A DNA stretch of 64,000 nucleotides. Origin: Candidatus Omnitrophota bacterium (GTDB lineage Bacteria; Omnitrophota; Gorgyraeia; 2-02-FULL-51-18). The notes below the pieces were generated by a model that did no database searches, had not been told where the DNA came from, and saw only the letters and a list, made by a program, of their open reading frames with translations. This document shows positions 16,318 through 27,800 of the stretch, in pieces; the first letter of the stretch is position 1, and each line of letters begins with the position of its first letter. Position numbers and translations under genes: made by a program. Location of the stretch: positions 22,253 to 86,252 of the forward strand of contig CAMDWQ010000001.1 in assembly GCA_945877765.1 (NCBI GenBank). Reading direction: 5' to 3'.

Positions 16318-18633
16318 TTAAGCTTGGACGAAGATAGTAACCGTAAGATTTGTCCCATCAGAAACAACGCGGACGGCTCCCTGCTGATCCGTTCTAAAAA
16401 TTTGATTGCCTTTGATTGAAGAAAGTAGCTCCAGCGTTTCTTTACGCGGATGACCGTAAGAGTTTCTCTGGCCGACGCTGATAACACTGACCCTCGGAGC
16501 AACGCTTTGAAAAAATAGCTCTGCCTCTTTTCTTGGTTTAGCCCCATGATGAGGCACTTTCAAGACATCCGCGTGCAAATCAAGCCCGGACTCCATTAGG
16601 CTTCTCATGGCAGGATCCTCAATGTCTCCGGTCAATAGAAATGATGTCTTTCCATACGTAATTTTTAAAATAAGACAGTCATTGTTGATATTTTTGGAGG
16701 CCTCTTTCCCGGCCGGGGGACTAAAGATGTCCACTCGGACATCCGAAAATCCTTTCAAGCTAGATCCCCTTGCGGCCTGGCAATAATCAATCATTTTGCT
16801 GCGAATATTCTTTTGCAACAACTGGTAGATTCCCGAAAAATAAACTTTTTTGGCATCAATCACGTGAGCCACTGAAAAATCCTCCAGGAGTGCCGACATG
16901 CCTCCGATATGGTCTTCCTGAGGATGGCTGATCACTAGCGCATCCAATGAGCGGATTCCCCTAGACTTAAGATACGGCCCCACCACGTGACGGCCTTTGT
17001 CGTGCGGCTGGCCTTTGCCTGCGTCGATCAGCAGGTTCCCGCCCTTAGGAAATTCAAAATAAATAGCATCCCCTTGTCCCACATCAAGCACCGTCATCGC
17101 AAAGCGGCGGTCAAAATACCTTAGCGCCTCTTGAAAAAGAAAGACATTCATCGAAAAAATGATTAATAGGAGAGCTCGAAAAAATCGACTTTTTATTTTT
17201 TTTGAAAAAAGTAAATAGCTTAATCCTGCGATTAAAACAATTTCCACCGCCAAGTCCATTTTGCCGACAATCACTACGCTAAACGGCAATCGACTAATCC
17301 ATGAAAGCAAGCACGTAAAAATAAGCATCATTGATTTTAAAATCCACGGGATAAAAAATAAGAATGGGGGCACCCACCAAAAGCATAAAAAATAAACTAA
17401 GCCGCAAAAAAATAAGCAAAATGACAGCGGCACCGCAACCATGTTGGCCGCCAGCGACAGAGGGGTTACCATATAAAAATATTGCACCGTCAAAGGCAAT
17501 GTCGTCAATGTCGCCACAAAAGATACCCAGAAGAGCTCTTGGGCGCCGAAAGCAGATTTCTCCCAAAACGTCATTTTTTCATTGGGGAAGAGTTCTTTTT
17601 TGGGCATAAAAATTGGCATAAAAAGCGCCATTCCTGCCACGGCCGCAAAGGAAAGCTGGAAACCAATATCAAAAATATTTTTAGGATTCGAGGCTAGAAT
17701 CAGAAGAGCCGCCAATCCCAGTGAGTTTAAGAGATCTTGCTTTCGCCCCAGCAATTTAGCGACAATGAGAACCGTTGCCATGACAGAGGCGCGCACTAAA
17801 GGCGCTTGCCACCCCACCATCACGCAGTAGGCCCAAATAACCGCCAGCACAATCACCCACCGAATTTTTTTAGGTATCCTAAACGGGGATAAAATAAACA
17901 GGAGGGCCGCCGTTAAAAAACCGACATTAAACCCGCTAACCGCCAGAAGATGCATCGTGCCAGTGCGGACAAAAAGACTTTCAAATTCGTCAGACAATTC
18001 CCTTTTCTCACCCAGTAGTAGCGCTTTAAGAAAGGCGGCGTCATCCAGCTTGAATTCTTGTGCTAATTTCTGAGATAGAAAATTTCGAAACTTGATCGCG
18101 TATTCGGTAATAAAATGGGGCCGATGCCCCACCACCAACGTGCCGGCGCTATCTTTTTTGGCAAAAAAAAGCCCTCGTATTCCCTGTCGGTCAAGGTAGG
18201 CGCGCGCATCAAAGCCGCCGGGATTTCGCGGGCCATCAGGAAGAGCCAATTTTCCGGATAGACTAATCTGATCCCCATAACGCAACCACACCGCTGGATC
18301 TCTGACAGTGACTCTCACCTTCCCGCGTAAAGTTTTGAAGGCATCGCCTTCCCAGTCAACAGAGTCACACTCCAAGACAAACGAATCATATTTCTGATGG
18401 TAGTAATTTACTTTCCTTTCAACCTCAGAAATAATTCTTCCGCGAATAAGAACAGATTCCGGATCTTGCCGCGCTATCCAATAAACATCATTTTTGGGGA
18501 CTTGGTACAAATAGGCGGGAACAAAATAGCCGGTAAGTAAAATGAGGGTAGAAAATAGAATCGCCGCATAAAAAAGCGGACGACGGCCTATTTCGCGAAA
18601 TTGGAGCTTGCTTAGAATATCAAGCGCTGGCAT
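16318..18633 (-). CDS. comEC: DNA internalization-related competence protein ComEC/Rec2 (with C-terminal metallo-beta-lactamase domain)
   Basis: 771 aa. A polytopic competence-domain core, then MBL-fold motifs DVGQGDAIYFEFPKGGNLLIDAG, ISHPQEDHIGG and VPHHGA. Confidence 0.85.
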   Translation of the reverse strand: MPALDILSKLQFREIGRRPLFYAAILFSTLILLTGYFVPAYLYQVPKNDVYWIARQDPESVLIRGRIISEVERKVNYYHQKYDSFVLECDSVDWEGDAFKTLRGKVRVTVRDPAVWLRYGDQISLSGKLALPDGPRNPGGFDARAYLDRQGIRGLFFAKKDSAGTLVVGHRPHFITEYAIKFRNFLSQKLAQEFKLDDAAFLKALLLGEKRELSDEFESLFVRTGTMHLLAVSGFNVGFLTAALLFILSPFRIPKKIRWVIVLAVIWAYCVMVGWQAPLVRASVMATVLIVAKLLGRKQDLLNSLGLAALLILASNPKNIFDIGFQLSFAAVAGMALFMPIFMPKKELFPNEKMTFWEKSAFGAQELFWVSFVATLTTLPLTVQYFYMVTPLSLAANMVAVPLSFCLFFCGLVYFLCFWWVPPFLFFIPWILKSMMLIFTCLLSWISRLPFSVVIVGKMDLAVEIVLIAGLSYLLFSKKIKSRFFRALLLIIFSMNVFLFQEALRYFDRRFAMTVLDVGQGDAIYFEFPKGGNLLIDAGKGQPHDKGRHVVGPYLKSRGIRSLDALVISHPQEDHIGGMSALLEDFSVAHVIDAKKVYFSGIYQLLQKNIRSKMIDYCQAARGSSLKGFSDVRVDIFSPPAGKEASKNINNDCLILKITYGKTSFLLTGDIEDPAMRSLMESGLDLHADVLKVPHHGAKPRKEAELFFQSVAPRVSVISVGQRNSYGHPRKETLELLSSIKGNQIFRTDQQGAVRVVSDGTNLTVTIFVQA

Positions 18634-18762
18634 TTTTCTGGGGAGCTACCACGCGCAGAGTGACCTGATCCCTGACATTTAAAAAAATATTAACCACAAC
18701 CAGACACAAAGCAACGACCGAGAGGACAATCAAGATCTTTACTTCGTAAGCAATGTGTCTTT

Positions 18763-21219
18763 TCAAGAAACGGCGATGGTGTAGATCTTTTTGGGGACGT
18801 ACTTTTTCTGAGAAATTTTTAGGCCCCCAATGGCAGCGAGAACTTTCTCATCCTTCATTACCTGACTCTCCACTTGGGCCTCAGTAGCGGAGGCGGAAAT
18901 TGTAATTTTAGATTTTACCTTTCCGTTGACCATGATAGGGATCTCAAGCTCATCATCCTCGATGAGCGCTGGGTTGTAGATGGGCCAGGATTGATATGCA
19001 AGGCTTTCTTTATTTCCCAGGCGCTGCCAAAGCTCTTCGGCTAGGTGAGGCGCAAGCGGCGATAAAATGAGCGCAAAATCTCGCATCACCGACTTGGGCC
19101 GCACCGCTTCTTTGGACAGATCGTTGGAAAAAATCATAAGTGCTGAGATGGCGGTATTAAAAGAAAGTGTCTCAATGTCGTCACCCACTTTTTTAATCGT
19201 GCGGTGAAGCTGTTTTAAAATGGCTGGATTTGGCTCGATCTCCTGAATAGAGGTGTCAAGATTACCTTGGCGGTCAACAAAAAGACGCCAGATCCTGCCC
19301 AAAAAGCGGTAAACACCTTCCACGCCCTTCATCGACCAGGATTTCATCTGCGTCAGAGGGCCCATGAACATCTCGTACAACCTGAGACTGTCCGCACCGT
19401 ATTCGCGAACAACCTGGTCAGGATTGATTACGTTTCCTCTGGATTTGGACATTTTCTGTCCGTCCTCGCCTAAAATCATGCCTTGGTTTACTAGCTTCTT
19501 AAAGGGCTCTAAACCCGAAACTAGCTTTAAATCATAAAGCACTTTATGCCAAAAACGAGAGTAAAGCAGATGCAGCACCGCATGCTCCGCTCCGCCAACA
19601 TAAAGATCGACGGGCATCCAGTATTTTTCTTTGGCGGGGTCGCAAAAAGACTTCGAATTCTTGGGGTCGAGATAACGCAAATAATACCAGCAGGAACCAG
19701 CCCACTGGGGCATCGTATTGGTTTCCCGGTTCGCTGGTCCGGCGCATTTAGGACATTTTGTTTCCAACCACTCTTTAATCTTAGCTAGCGGCGGCTCTGC
19801 GTTGGCGCTAGGCTTAAAGTCGTTGGTTTCGGGCAAGCGAAGAGGTAAATCATTCTCATTAAGAGGCACAATGCCGCATTTGGCGCAATGAACCAGTGGA
19901 ATGGGTTCGCCCCAATAACGCTGCCGCGAAAAGAGCCAATCGCGTAGTTTGTAATTAACCATTTGCTTTCCTACGCCCTGTTTTTGGAGCCACTCGATCA
20001 TATTTTTTTTGGCTTCCGTCGTTGTCAGACCTGAAATAAAGCCGCTATTCACCGAAAGCCCCTCCCCCGTAAACGCTTTTTCGGCAACACTACCCCCGGA
20101 AACCACCTCGGTGATTTTCATCCCAAATTTTTTGGCAAATTCATAATCGCGCTCATCGTGAGCCGGCACTGCCATAATCGCACCCGTGCCATAGGTCAAT
20201 AAGACATAGTCCGCAACCCAGACAGGGATTTTTTCATCATTAACAGGATTCACCGCGTAGGCTCCGGTGAATACACCGGTCTTTTCCTTTGAAAGCTCCA
20301 TTCGTTCAAGCTCGCTTTTGGAGGCGGCTTGTTTTTGGTAGGCTTCCACCGATTTTTTTTGATCGGCCGTGGTAATTTTGGAAACTAGCGCATGTTCAGG
20401 CGAAAGAACCAAATAGGTTGCGCCAAAAAGGGTGTCTGGGCGAGTGGTAAAAACAGCCACGCCCTCCCCCCCGCCTTCAATTTTAAAACAAACCTCGGCA
20501 CCGACACTTCTACCGATCCAATTTTTTTGCATTTCCTTAACCGAGTCGGGCCAATCCACCAATTTTAAATCATCAAGCAACCGATCGGCATACGCGGTAA
20601 TCTTGAGCATCCACTGCCGCATGGGCCGCCGCACCACCGGATGACCGCCACGCTCACTCTTACCGTCAACCACCTCTTCGTTGGCAAGGACACAGCTAAG
20701 CGCCTCGCACCACCACACCGGCACCTCGGCAACATAAGCCAGCCCGCGGTGATAAAGCTGCAAAAAAATCCACTGCGTCCACCGCACATACTCCGGATCG
20801 GTAGTATCTACCTCTCGGTCCCAGTCGTAACTTAGCCCTATCGATTGGATTTGACGCCTAAAATTATCGATATTTTTCTTCGTGGTGACGGCCGGATGAG
20901 TGCCGGTCTCAATGGCGTACTGTTCGGCCGGAAGACCAAAAGCATCCCAGCCCATGGGATGCAGGACGTGATAGCCCTGCATACGCTTAAAACGGCAATA
21001 AATATCGGTCGCTGTATAGCCTTCTGGATGGCCCACATGCAAGCCAGCGCCTGACGGATACGGAAACATATCAAGCACATAAATCTTTTTAGCGGTTTGG
21101 GTAGGCGCTACGTCCGCGGTACAAAAAGTTTTGTTCTCGAGCCAGTGTTTTTGCCAGCGAGCTTCTATTTCAGAAAACGGGTAGAGTGAATCTGTCATCA
21201 TGGCGTCATTCTTCCCCAA
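18763..21219 (-). CDS. leuS: Leucine--tRNA ligase
   Basis: 818 aa. [12 protein letters not shown] (the HIGH motif), the editing CP1 domain and the KMSKS motif (QKMSKSRGN). The real start is probably M7/M8 ([17 protein letters not shown], around 21198-21201), which removes the apparent overlap with the upstream GGDEF gene. Confidence 0.9.
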   Translation of the reverse strand: MGKNDAMMTDSLYPFSEIEARWQKHWLENKTFCTADVAPTQTAKKIYVLDMFPYPSGAGLHVGHPEGYTATDIYCRFKRMQGYHVLHPMGWDAFGLPAEQYAIETGTHPAVTTKKNIDNFRRQIQSIGLSYDWDREVDTTDPEYVRWTQWIFLQLYHRGLAYVAEVPVWWCEALSCVLANEEVVDGKSERGGHPVVRRPMRQWMLKITAYADRLLDDLKLVDWPDSVKEMQKNWIGRSVGAEVCFKIEGGGEGVAVFTTRPDTLFGATYLVLSPEHALVSKITTADQKKSVEAYQKQAASKSELERMELSKEKTGVFTGAYAVNPVNDEKIPVWVADYVLLTYGTGAIMAVPAHDERDYEFAKKFGMKITEVVSGGSVAEKAFTGEGLSVNSGFISGLTTTEAKKNMIEWLQKQGVGKQMVNYKLRDWLFSRQRYWGEPIPLVHCAKCGIVPLNENDLPLRLPETNDFKPSANAEPPLAKIKEWLETKCPKCAGPANRETNTMPQWAGSCWYYLRYLDPKNSKSFCDPAKEKYWMPVDLYVGGAEHAVLHLLYSRFWHKVLYDLKLVSGLEPFKKLVNQGMILGEDGQKMSKSRGNVINPDQVVREYGADSLRLYEMFMGPLTQMKSWSMKGVEGVYRFLGRIWRLFVDRQGNLDTSIQEIEPNPAILKQLHRTIKKVGDDIETLSFNTAISALMIFSNDLSKEAVRPKSVMRDFALILSPLAPHLAEELWQRLGNKESLAYQSWPIYNPALIEDDELEIPIMVNGKVKSKITISASATEAQVESQVMKDEKVLAAIGGLKISQKKYVPKKIYTIAVS

Positions 21220-22028
21220 ACTTTATTTTTTGTCTTTGGGGGATTCGCATTGGCGGAAGCGTCTTGAGAAAAGGCTCTATTTTTTCCCTGAGTTTTGGCT
21301 TGAAAAAGTGCCTTGTCGATTGTCTCAATAAATAAATTTTTATCGGTATCGGTGAGATCGTCAAAAAAATGCACTCCCATACTAACGGTGACTTTGATCG
21401 CCCGGTTCTTGACTTTAAACTCATGCTTAGCCATTGTTTTTTTAATGCGCTCAGCCACCACATGACCTGTCTCCAGTGTCGCTTCTGGCAACACGATCAA
21501 AAATTCATCCCCGCCGTACCTCCCCAAAATATCAATCGTGCGGATGCTGTGATCAAAAACTTTCGCTGACTCCTTGAGCACATAATCACCCAATAGATGC
21601 CCGTATTTGTCGTTGTACTTTTTAAAATCATCGATATCAATCATGATGCCAACGAGCGTGTGTTTGTACCGCCGGGCCCGCTCGATTTCTTTTTCAATTT
21701 CCTGGAGAATGTGACGCCGATTGTAAAAGCCGGTCAATTCATCAATGATGGATTGTTCCTTTAAAAATACATTTACTTCTTCGAGAGTTTGCTTCTGTTT
21801 GTAAAATTTGTCCAACAAGCCTCCCGAAAAAACCCCGAATAAGGCAAACACCGCTGGCGTTGATACGCCCATGTAGGCATAAAAAAAGAAATGGTGGCGA
21901 AGTTCATGGCTTAGCCACGCCAAGTTAAAAGGCGGATTCATTAGGGCATGCAAACACACCGCTCCCAGGGGCGCTCCCAGGCCCAAAAGAAAACCGCTAA
22001 CGGCGTAGTTGTGACGATGTAGACTCAT
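21198..22028 (-). CDS. Membrane-anchored diguanylate cyclase (GGDEF domain)
   Basis: 276 aa. N-terminal TM segments, then an intact GGDEF domain ([14 protein letters not shown] with a conserved upstream RxxD-like I-site region). It is transcribed divergently from the tRNA genes. Confidence 0.8.
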   Translation of the reverse strand: MSLHRHNYAVSGFLLGLGAPLGAVCLHALMNPPFNLAWLSHELRHHFFFYAYMGVSTPAVFALFGVFSGGLLDKFYKQKQTLEEVNVFLKEQSIIDELTGFYNRRHILQEIEKEIERARRYKHTLVGIMIDIDDFKKYNDKYGHLLGDYVLKESAKVFDHSIRTIDILGRYGGDEFLIVLPEATLETGHVVAERIKKTMAKHEFKVKNRAIKVTVSMGVHFFDDLTDTDKNLFIETIDKALFQAKTQGKNRAFSQDASANANPPKTKNKVWGRMTP

Positions 22029-22071
22029 AAGATTGGCATAAAATTTATTTTATCATAAAACGAAATCATAC

Positions 22072-22100
22072 AAGACAGCCTGAAAGTATTCTGGTATATT
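22072..22100 (+). promoter_or_regulatory. Candidate sigma70-type promoter for the tRNA-Ala / tRNA-Leu pair
   Basis: aagaca (-35-like, 4/6), a 17-bp spacer, then tatatt (-10-like), ending 12 nt before the tRNA-Ala 5' end. Found by pattern only. Confidence 0.25.
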
Positions 22101-22112
22101 GTGTGACCTAGA

Positions 22113-22188
22113 GGGCCTGTAGCTCAGTTGGTAGAGCGCCTCCATGGCATGGAGGAGGCCAGCGGTTCGAGACCGCTCAGGTCCACCA
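22113..22188 (+). tRNA. tRNA-Ala (anticodon GGC)
   Basis: Cloverleaf GGGCCTGTAGCTCAGTTGGTAGAGCGCC(TCCATGGCATGGAGG)...GGTTCGAGACCGCTCAGGTCCACCA. The anticodon stem is CCTCC/GGAGG with loop ATGGCAT. The G3:U70 Ala identity pair is present, as is the TPsiC arm GGTTCGAGACC, and CCA is encoded. Confidence 0.85.
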
Positions 22189-22207
22189 AATTCTTTATTA
22201 CCCTCTT

Positions 22208-22291
22208 GCCGAAGTGGCGGAACTGGCATACGCGTCGGTCTCAAAATCCGATCCCCTTACGGGGTTGTGGGTTCAACTCCCACCTTCGGTA
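22208..22291 (+). tRNA. tRNA-Leu (anticodon CAA), class II with a long variable arm
   Basis: GCCGAAGTGGCGGAACTGGCATACGCGTCGGTCTCAAAATCCGAT...GGGTTCAACTCCCACCTTCGGTA closely resembles E. coli tRNA-Leu(CAA) (GCCGAAGTGGCGAAATCGG...TTCAAAATC). The anticodon loop CTCAAAA has U33 and A37. A long extra arm CCCCTTACGGGG is present, and no CCA is encoded. Confidence 0.75.
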
Positions 22292-22300
22292 CTCTTTTTT

Positions 22301-23071
22301 TTAAATACCACCTATCAGAGCTCCCACAAGCCCGATAGATAGAGCACCCGCCAATGCCGCAAAAATGGTGTTGCGCGGGTGATGCTTAAGCACCTCACTT
22401 AAAAGCGCATGCGTTACCAAAAATATAAAGCCCCCTCCCACATGCCCAAGCACATAACCAATCCAGCGAGAGGAAGACGGCAGTAAAAATAGGATCCCCA
22501 CAATACCGCCGGCAACTGTGGTTAATGTCTCCAGAAGAAAACTTAAGAAAAAAGCCCGCAGACGTCTCATCCCCGATCCGATGGCTACCAGCGTCAGCGC
22601 TAGACCCTCCGGAAGCTTATGAAAAGCTACCGCCAAAAGAACAAAAACGCCGACTTTTGATCCGCTGAGATAACCACTGTAAATGGCTAGCCCATCCATA
22701 AAACTGTGAACCGAGAGTGCCACCACCATCGAAAGGGTAATGGCTTTAAAATTTACCTCGGTATGGGTGGCTGAGCAAGCCGGGCAAACGTGAAAAACAA
22801 ATTTTGTGATCCCCCAAAATAAAAGATAGCCCGTCAAAAAACTAACAGCGGCACTCGCGGCACCCACAAGCTCCACGGTCTCCGGCCAGAGCTCTAGAAT
22901 TGCCACTGCCAGAAGCGCTCCAGCGGCAAATGAAATCAATAGGCATAATCGTTGATGGCTTATTTTTTTAAAACTAACGGCAATGATGGCACCGAGCGTC
23001 GCCATGAAGCAGGCAAGAACCAGTCTTAAGCCGATAAGCTGCCACACATCCATTCCAAATAAATTTCTCAT
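22301..23071 (-). CDS. ZIP family (ZupT-like) zinc/iron permease
   Basis: 256 aa, eight predicted TM helices. Conserved HSFMDGLAIYSG and HKLPEGLALT motifs typical of ZIP transporters. Confidence 0.75.
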   Translation of the reverse strand: MRNLFGMDVWQLIGLRLVLACFMATLGAIIAVSFKKISHQRLCLLISFAAGALLAVAILELWPETVELVGAASAAVSFLTGYLLFWGITKFVFHVCPACSATHTEVNFKAITLSMVVALSVHSFMDGLAIYSGYLSGSKVGVFVLLAVAFHKLPEGLALTLVAIGSGMRRLRAFFLSFLLETLTTVAGGIVGILFLLPSSSRWIGYVLGHVGGGFIFLVTHALLSEVLKHHPRNTIFAALAGALSIGLVGALIGGI

Positions 23072-23154
23072 TAAATTAATAGTTTCATCCGATAGGTTTT
23101 AAAAAGTGGGCAAAAAAATGACGTGCTAAACTTTCCTTAAGAAAGAAACAAGAC

Positions 23155-23340
23155 TTATTTTTTCTTATTCTTAATAGTGGCTTCAGCCCGAAGCCAGTCT
23201 TCTGCATCAAAACCATCTTGGCATCCACGATCGACAAAAAATTGATAAGCTAGCGCCGCAATCTGCGCTTGATCATTTTCCTGAGAAGCCAGGTTCACTT
23301 TAGATGCATTTTTTAATTGTGGGGAAGCAATTTTAGCCAT
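23155..23340 (-). CDS. DUF2934-like small protein
   Basis: 61 aa. IAALAYQFFVDRGCQDGFDAEDWLRAE matches the DUF2934 core pattern A-Y-x-x-W-x-x-x-G-x-x-x-G-x-x-x-x-D-W-x-x-A-E. Confidence 0.5.
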   Translation of the reverse strand: MAKIASPQLKNASKVNLASQENDQAQIAALAYQFFVDRGCQDGFDAEDWLRAEATIKNKKK

Positions 23341-23492
23341 TGTTTGATCTCCATTTGATAATTGATTCTACTCCAAAAGAGCGGGAGGTGACAATATTAT
23401 TTTGTTGGCAAAATAATAACGTATTGGAAAATTTTTATGTGGGGCCATATTCTTTGACTTGTTTATTTAATTTATATCTCGTCCTTTAGGTT

Positions 23493-24530
23493 CTAATTTC
23501 TTACTTTTTTTGACGGCAATTTCGACTCTAATTCACTTTCCATCTCTTCAACCGTAGGTAATTTTGACAATAACTTTCCCTTTATCTTCTGAGTCAAAAT
23601 ATAATTGCTTATGCCCATCGGCTTTTTAATATCTCTCAGGGAATACTCCGCTTCGATTTTATCTTTATACCTGCACAGTATCAGCCCTATTGACGGATTA
23701 TCATCTGGGCGTTTCAACAAAGAATCAACCGCAGATAAATAAAAATTGAGCTTTCCCGCGTACTCCGGCTTAAATCTTCCGGCCTTTAATTCAATAACCA
23801 CATAACAACGCAAATCCAAATGATAGAACAACAGGTCAATAAAATACTCGTTGCCAGATATCTCCAGCCTATACTGCCTGCCCACAAAAGCAAATCCCTT
23901 GCCAAGCTCAAGCAGGAAAGACGTTATTTGTTTAGTCAGATTCTGTTCGATCTCTCTTTCCTGGGCACTGTCTCCAAGTTCCAAAAAATCAAATAAATAT
24001 GGATCCTTAACAGCCTGTCGCGCAAGATCCGATTGAGGCGGCGGTAATGTCCGGGAGAAATTATTCAGCGCTTTGCCTCTTCTATCACAATACCCATTTT
24101 CTATCTGCATCTCAAGTATGTCCCTTGACCATCCATTCTGCAAAGCCGCGGAAGCATACGCAAGAGCGGTATCAACTTTACGCATTTTAGCCAAAATTAC
24201 ACGATTGTGCCCCCATGGTATTTGTGCCACAGGCTGTGGCACAATTTCAAACTTTGAAGAATAGAATAGATACCACTGCCTTATGGCGTAAAGGTTCCTA
24301 CGGGAAAAACCTTTCATCCCGGAAAAGTCTTTTTTAAGATCGGCTGCCAGCCGCTCAACAAGCCCATCGCCCCAGGAAGCCTCGGACTGTTTCTTGATTA
24401 TTTCTTTGCCTATATCCCAGTAAAGTTCCATAAGCGTCTGCGAAAGCCCCTGAGCAGCCCTTAAGCGAGCGGAAATAATCTTCTGCTTTAAATCAGCAAG
24501 CCATTTTATATAATCGCGTGATATCTTCAC
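23493..24530 (-). CDS. DUF1016 / YhcG-like PDDEXK-fold nuclease domain protein
   Basis: 345 aa. The C-terminal restriction-endonuclease-like core (FIDLLFYHLDLRCYVVIELKAGRFKPEYAGKLNFY: the D...E-x-K arrangement) and the N-terminal helical domain are typical of YhcG/DUF1016. The segment is visibly AT-rich (by eye) compared with its neighbours. Confidence 0.65.
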   Translation of the reverse strand: MKISRDYIKWLADLKQKIISARLRAAQGLSQTLMELYWDIGKEIIKKQSEASWGDGLVERLAADLKKDFSGMKGFSRRNLYAIRQWYLFYSSKFEIVPQPVAQIPWGHNRVILAKMRKVDTALAYASAALQNGWSRDILEMQIENGYCDRRGKALNNFSRTLPPPQSDLARQAVKDPYLFDFLELGDSAQEREIEQNLTKQITSFLLELGKGFAFVGRQYRLEISGNEYFIDLLFYHLDLRCYVVIELKAGRFKPEYAGKLNFYLSAVDSLLKRPDDNPSIGLILCRYKDKIEAEYSLRDIKKPMGISNYILTQKIKGKLLSKLPTVEEMESELESKLPSKKVRN

Positions 24531-24807
24531 AAATCACCCCTATAGAAATCCTATACATTAACCTCTATCACTCGCGTCGTATCATTCTCAAAAGTACCCA
24601 CCACCTTCACAGCGATCTTCCGTCGACCAAAAGCGATACCATTGGCGCATTAGCTCCAGATTACATAAGATGATTCTACAAAGAGGTGGAAGAAAAGCAA
24701 AGATAAACAATTGTCTCTTAAAAAATTGAAGCCGAAAAAGAGCCTAAAAAAAAGCCAGCCACAGGAGGGTGTGGAGTTTAAATTAAATCAAAAATTAACG
24801 GTGTGTC

Positions 24808-27800
24808 TTACGCCGCCTGCAATGCCATTTTGATCATCAAGCTATAGGTCTGTATCATTTCCTCGACCGCAAGCTTCATGACGGGTGGGAGGGCAAATTG
24901 CTGGAGGATTTTTAAGTCTTCCAGAAGACCCTTTAAGGCATTGATGAAATCAGGCAGGTCTTTGGGTTTAAATTCACGTCCTAATTGTTTTTGGTAGGCT
25001 TGGTAGAATTGGACAAAATAAGGATTGCTGATGCTTAGCTCTTCCAGACGGGCTTCGAAGCTAGCGAGAGTGAGAGTGGCGGGATTAAGTACGCCTCTTT
25101 CGCCAAGATCAAGAAGATAGAGAAAGCGTGTCTTGCTATTGGGCTGGTGTCTTCTGGTAGATGAGGTGACATAGACTCGCTCTGCTTTTTGATAGGTTAC
25201 TTGTAGTTCACTAAAATTTAGAACCATGAGATCTTTTTCTGTGGGGTAAAGCCTCTTTGCCTCTTTAAGCATCGCGCGGGCCTGATGACCCACGACGACA
25301 TACCTGACAAATTTGCCCCCGGGAGTGCGTCTTTCATTGTGAAGCTGGGCCACTAGAAGCTGGATGGCTAATTGAGTTACGTTTCCTTGGGGAAGCACGG
25401 CATTGGTGTTTAAAATGACCACTGCGGGCTCATTGATGAAGGATTCGGGCACATTCGCATAGAGCGTGCGGGCTTCGCGGGCGGCTTCTTCCATGATGAG
25501 CCTATAGTCGGCCAGCGACATGGTGGCGGTGGTTTGGTTGCCTTTGCGCCTTATTTTGATTTTTCTAGCGCCAATGGCTATGCCCCTGTCGGCCAAGCCA
25601 TAAAGAATTGCCTTTCCATCATCCCGGAAGACTATTTGAATGACGGAGGAGCCGATGGCGATTTGTTTATTTTCATGGACGTTTTGGGTGGTAATGACTT
25701 GGGCGATGAAGGTAATGACTTCGCCTTTTTGAATATTCACCACGGGATGGCCTTGGGTTAGCTCTAAGTTGAGTGGTCTGGGACGCCGAGCAGGGACTCT
25801 GGAAGTGGGAACGCGTTCTAGGGTTGTGGTGGCGAGGCGGGCGGCATTGGGCTTCGCCAGTCTCGCGCCATCCAACACTGTACCCCCCGTACTGTTTTTT
25901 TCTCTGATCACGTGGGCTGCGGGACTCCCAATAATATTCTTCCCCCGCTCAATGGATTCGCGAATGGTTGTAATCGGTCGGACCTGTAGAACAACAATTC
26001 GGTCATCTGCGTCCAAAGACCACTCCATGTCGATCTGAGTCCCAAAATATTCAGATAGCTTGTAAACCACTTCGGCAACCGCTTGAAGTTGTTGTTCATT
26101 GAGTGCTGGCTCAAGAGCTTGTGCGTTAGGTTCCACCTTATAGCCTCCCTGCGGCCCCAGATCTAGCAGAACCTGTTCGGTTTTAACACCTACATGAGAG
26201 TCAAGAAGTTCATATCTTCCCGAAGCGCTTGTTGTTTTTGAAAATAGATACGAATCCGGATCCTTGACAGTTTGATCCACCAGCCCTTTGGCTAACCCAT
26301 GGGCCGCATCCACTCGTATGTGATCGGCTCTCTGTTGGGCAGGATCAGCGCTGAAAGCAACGCCGGACGCTTTTGGGTTAATCATCTCATCCACCAAAAT
26401 ACTCTCAGCCCCGGATAACCAAACATCGACAACAGCTCTTGAAAGGGCCTGAATTCCGAATACGTTAAGTTTGGTCTCCTTCATTCCCGCCATCGCTTCA
26501 TCAACGCTATCTTCTTTCAATCCCGAAGAGCGCACAGCAACCGCCCCAAGCACTTTCATAGAATTCCCGATGGAACGAGAAACATCACTTGTTTCATACT
26601 TAAGTAGCAACAACTCCACTGAATCTCGCAGACTTAAAATTAAGCCATCGATAGAATGAAGCTCCTGGCTTCTTTGAAGATTTTGCTTAAACTTTAAAAT
26701 TTTAGTCTTAACTTCTGTTTTAAATTTAACTGACGTTCTTTCGTCAATGGCTATCAACCTCTCAAGATTGTTTAATTGCTTCACTGTCAAATCGCGGTAG
26801 GCAAAAGCTAGGTTGGCTTGAAGCTTAAGATCAATGCCTTTGCTTTCTTCGATTTTTTCTTGCAAGGCAGCGGAGATCTTCCAAGATTTTTCAGCTAGAT
26901 TTCCGGTATCGATTAAAGCATTTAATGATTGGTTTGCCTTTGACGTTAGTTCAAAAATATCGGCCGGGCCTTTCGCGTCTCTCACCTTGTCTACAAAACC
27001 ACTAATGGCCTGGTGGATATCAATCCTAAGATCCGCGGAAGTCTCTTCATCTGTTTTAATTAATTCCAGAATACCTGAAAAAATCGTATTCAACTGCCGC
27101 TGCCAATCATTGGCATATTCATCAATCCCTGTCATGCCCTCAAGAGAATTTAGTTCTTCAGGGTGCTCGCGAACCCTCCAAAGAAAATACTCAGTTGGCT
27201 GAATGACGAATCCTTCGGGAGTCGCGACTTGCACCGAGGAATCTATCAAGCCCCTTTCTTGAAGTTGTTTTACCGCGTAGGTTGTCTCGGCAGAATTACT
27301 ACCTTTCCCCCCTGCGATGGGCCTTGAAAAACGGTCTTTTAAATTTTCTTTCCAGACAACACCGCGGCCTTGAAGTTCTTTGATTTCGTCTTCGCGCGCT
27401 TTTTTGAGAGCGTCAATTTTAAGTTTTATTACCAAGATTTTTTCTTTGATGGTGGAGTCGCCTTCCTCACCGGTCATACCGGCAAGCTCTAACTTATTCC
27501 AAAAACTTAGAAGCACCGGCAGTTCAGATCCGCTTAACTCGACGACTGCACTTTCAACCTCAGCCGATATCTCTTTTCTGGCCGCACCAAGCCATTCCCG
27601 GCCCTTTTCGATCATCTCTGCCCTGGAGGATTGCAGCATCATCGCGGTAAATGGGTGCTTCCAATCTCCGTTTGCCGCCAGCATCGTCCGGTCAAGACGC
27701 TCTGCTTGCTTCATTAGTTTATCGGCTTCCAAAAATACTTGCTCAAAATCGTATCGTCTGGCATATTTTTTTTGTTCTATATATTGATGAAATTTTTTCA

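Noticed and set aside
16275-16547. 90-aa minus-strand ORF overlapping the 3' end of comEC in another frame
   Set aside because: It is entirely contained within, or overlaps, the comEC coding frame and has no conserved features. It is an overprinted frame artefact.
22189-22207. 19-nt spacer between tRNA-Ala and tRNA-Leu, and the T-run after tRNA-Leu, considered as a processing or terminator signal
   Set aside because: A T10 run follows tRNA-Leu (22294-22303), but there is no preceding hairpin other than the tRNA acceptor/T-arm itself. It is noted as a plausible transcription end but not called as a separate feature.
24580-24620. Sequence gtacccaccaccttcacag, resembling the tRNA-Leu 3' end (ctcccaccttcggta), as a possible att repeat marking an island boundary
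   Set aside because: Only about 11 of 15 positions match, with a 3-nt insertion. Short C-rich matches like this are expected by chance. It is kept only as something to test, not reported as a feature.
25800-25950. Second phosphohistidine-like motif IIGSPAAHVIREKNSTGGTVLDG downstream of the ATP-grasp domain in the giant protein
   Set aside because: The His is shifted relative to the GGxxSHAAIxARE consensus. The flanking conserved glycine-rich and DGD motifs are absent. It is too weak to call a second swivel domain without profile searches.
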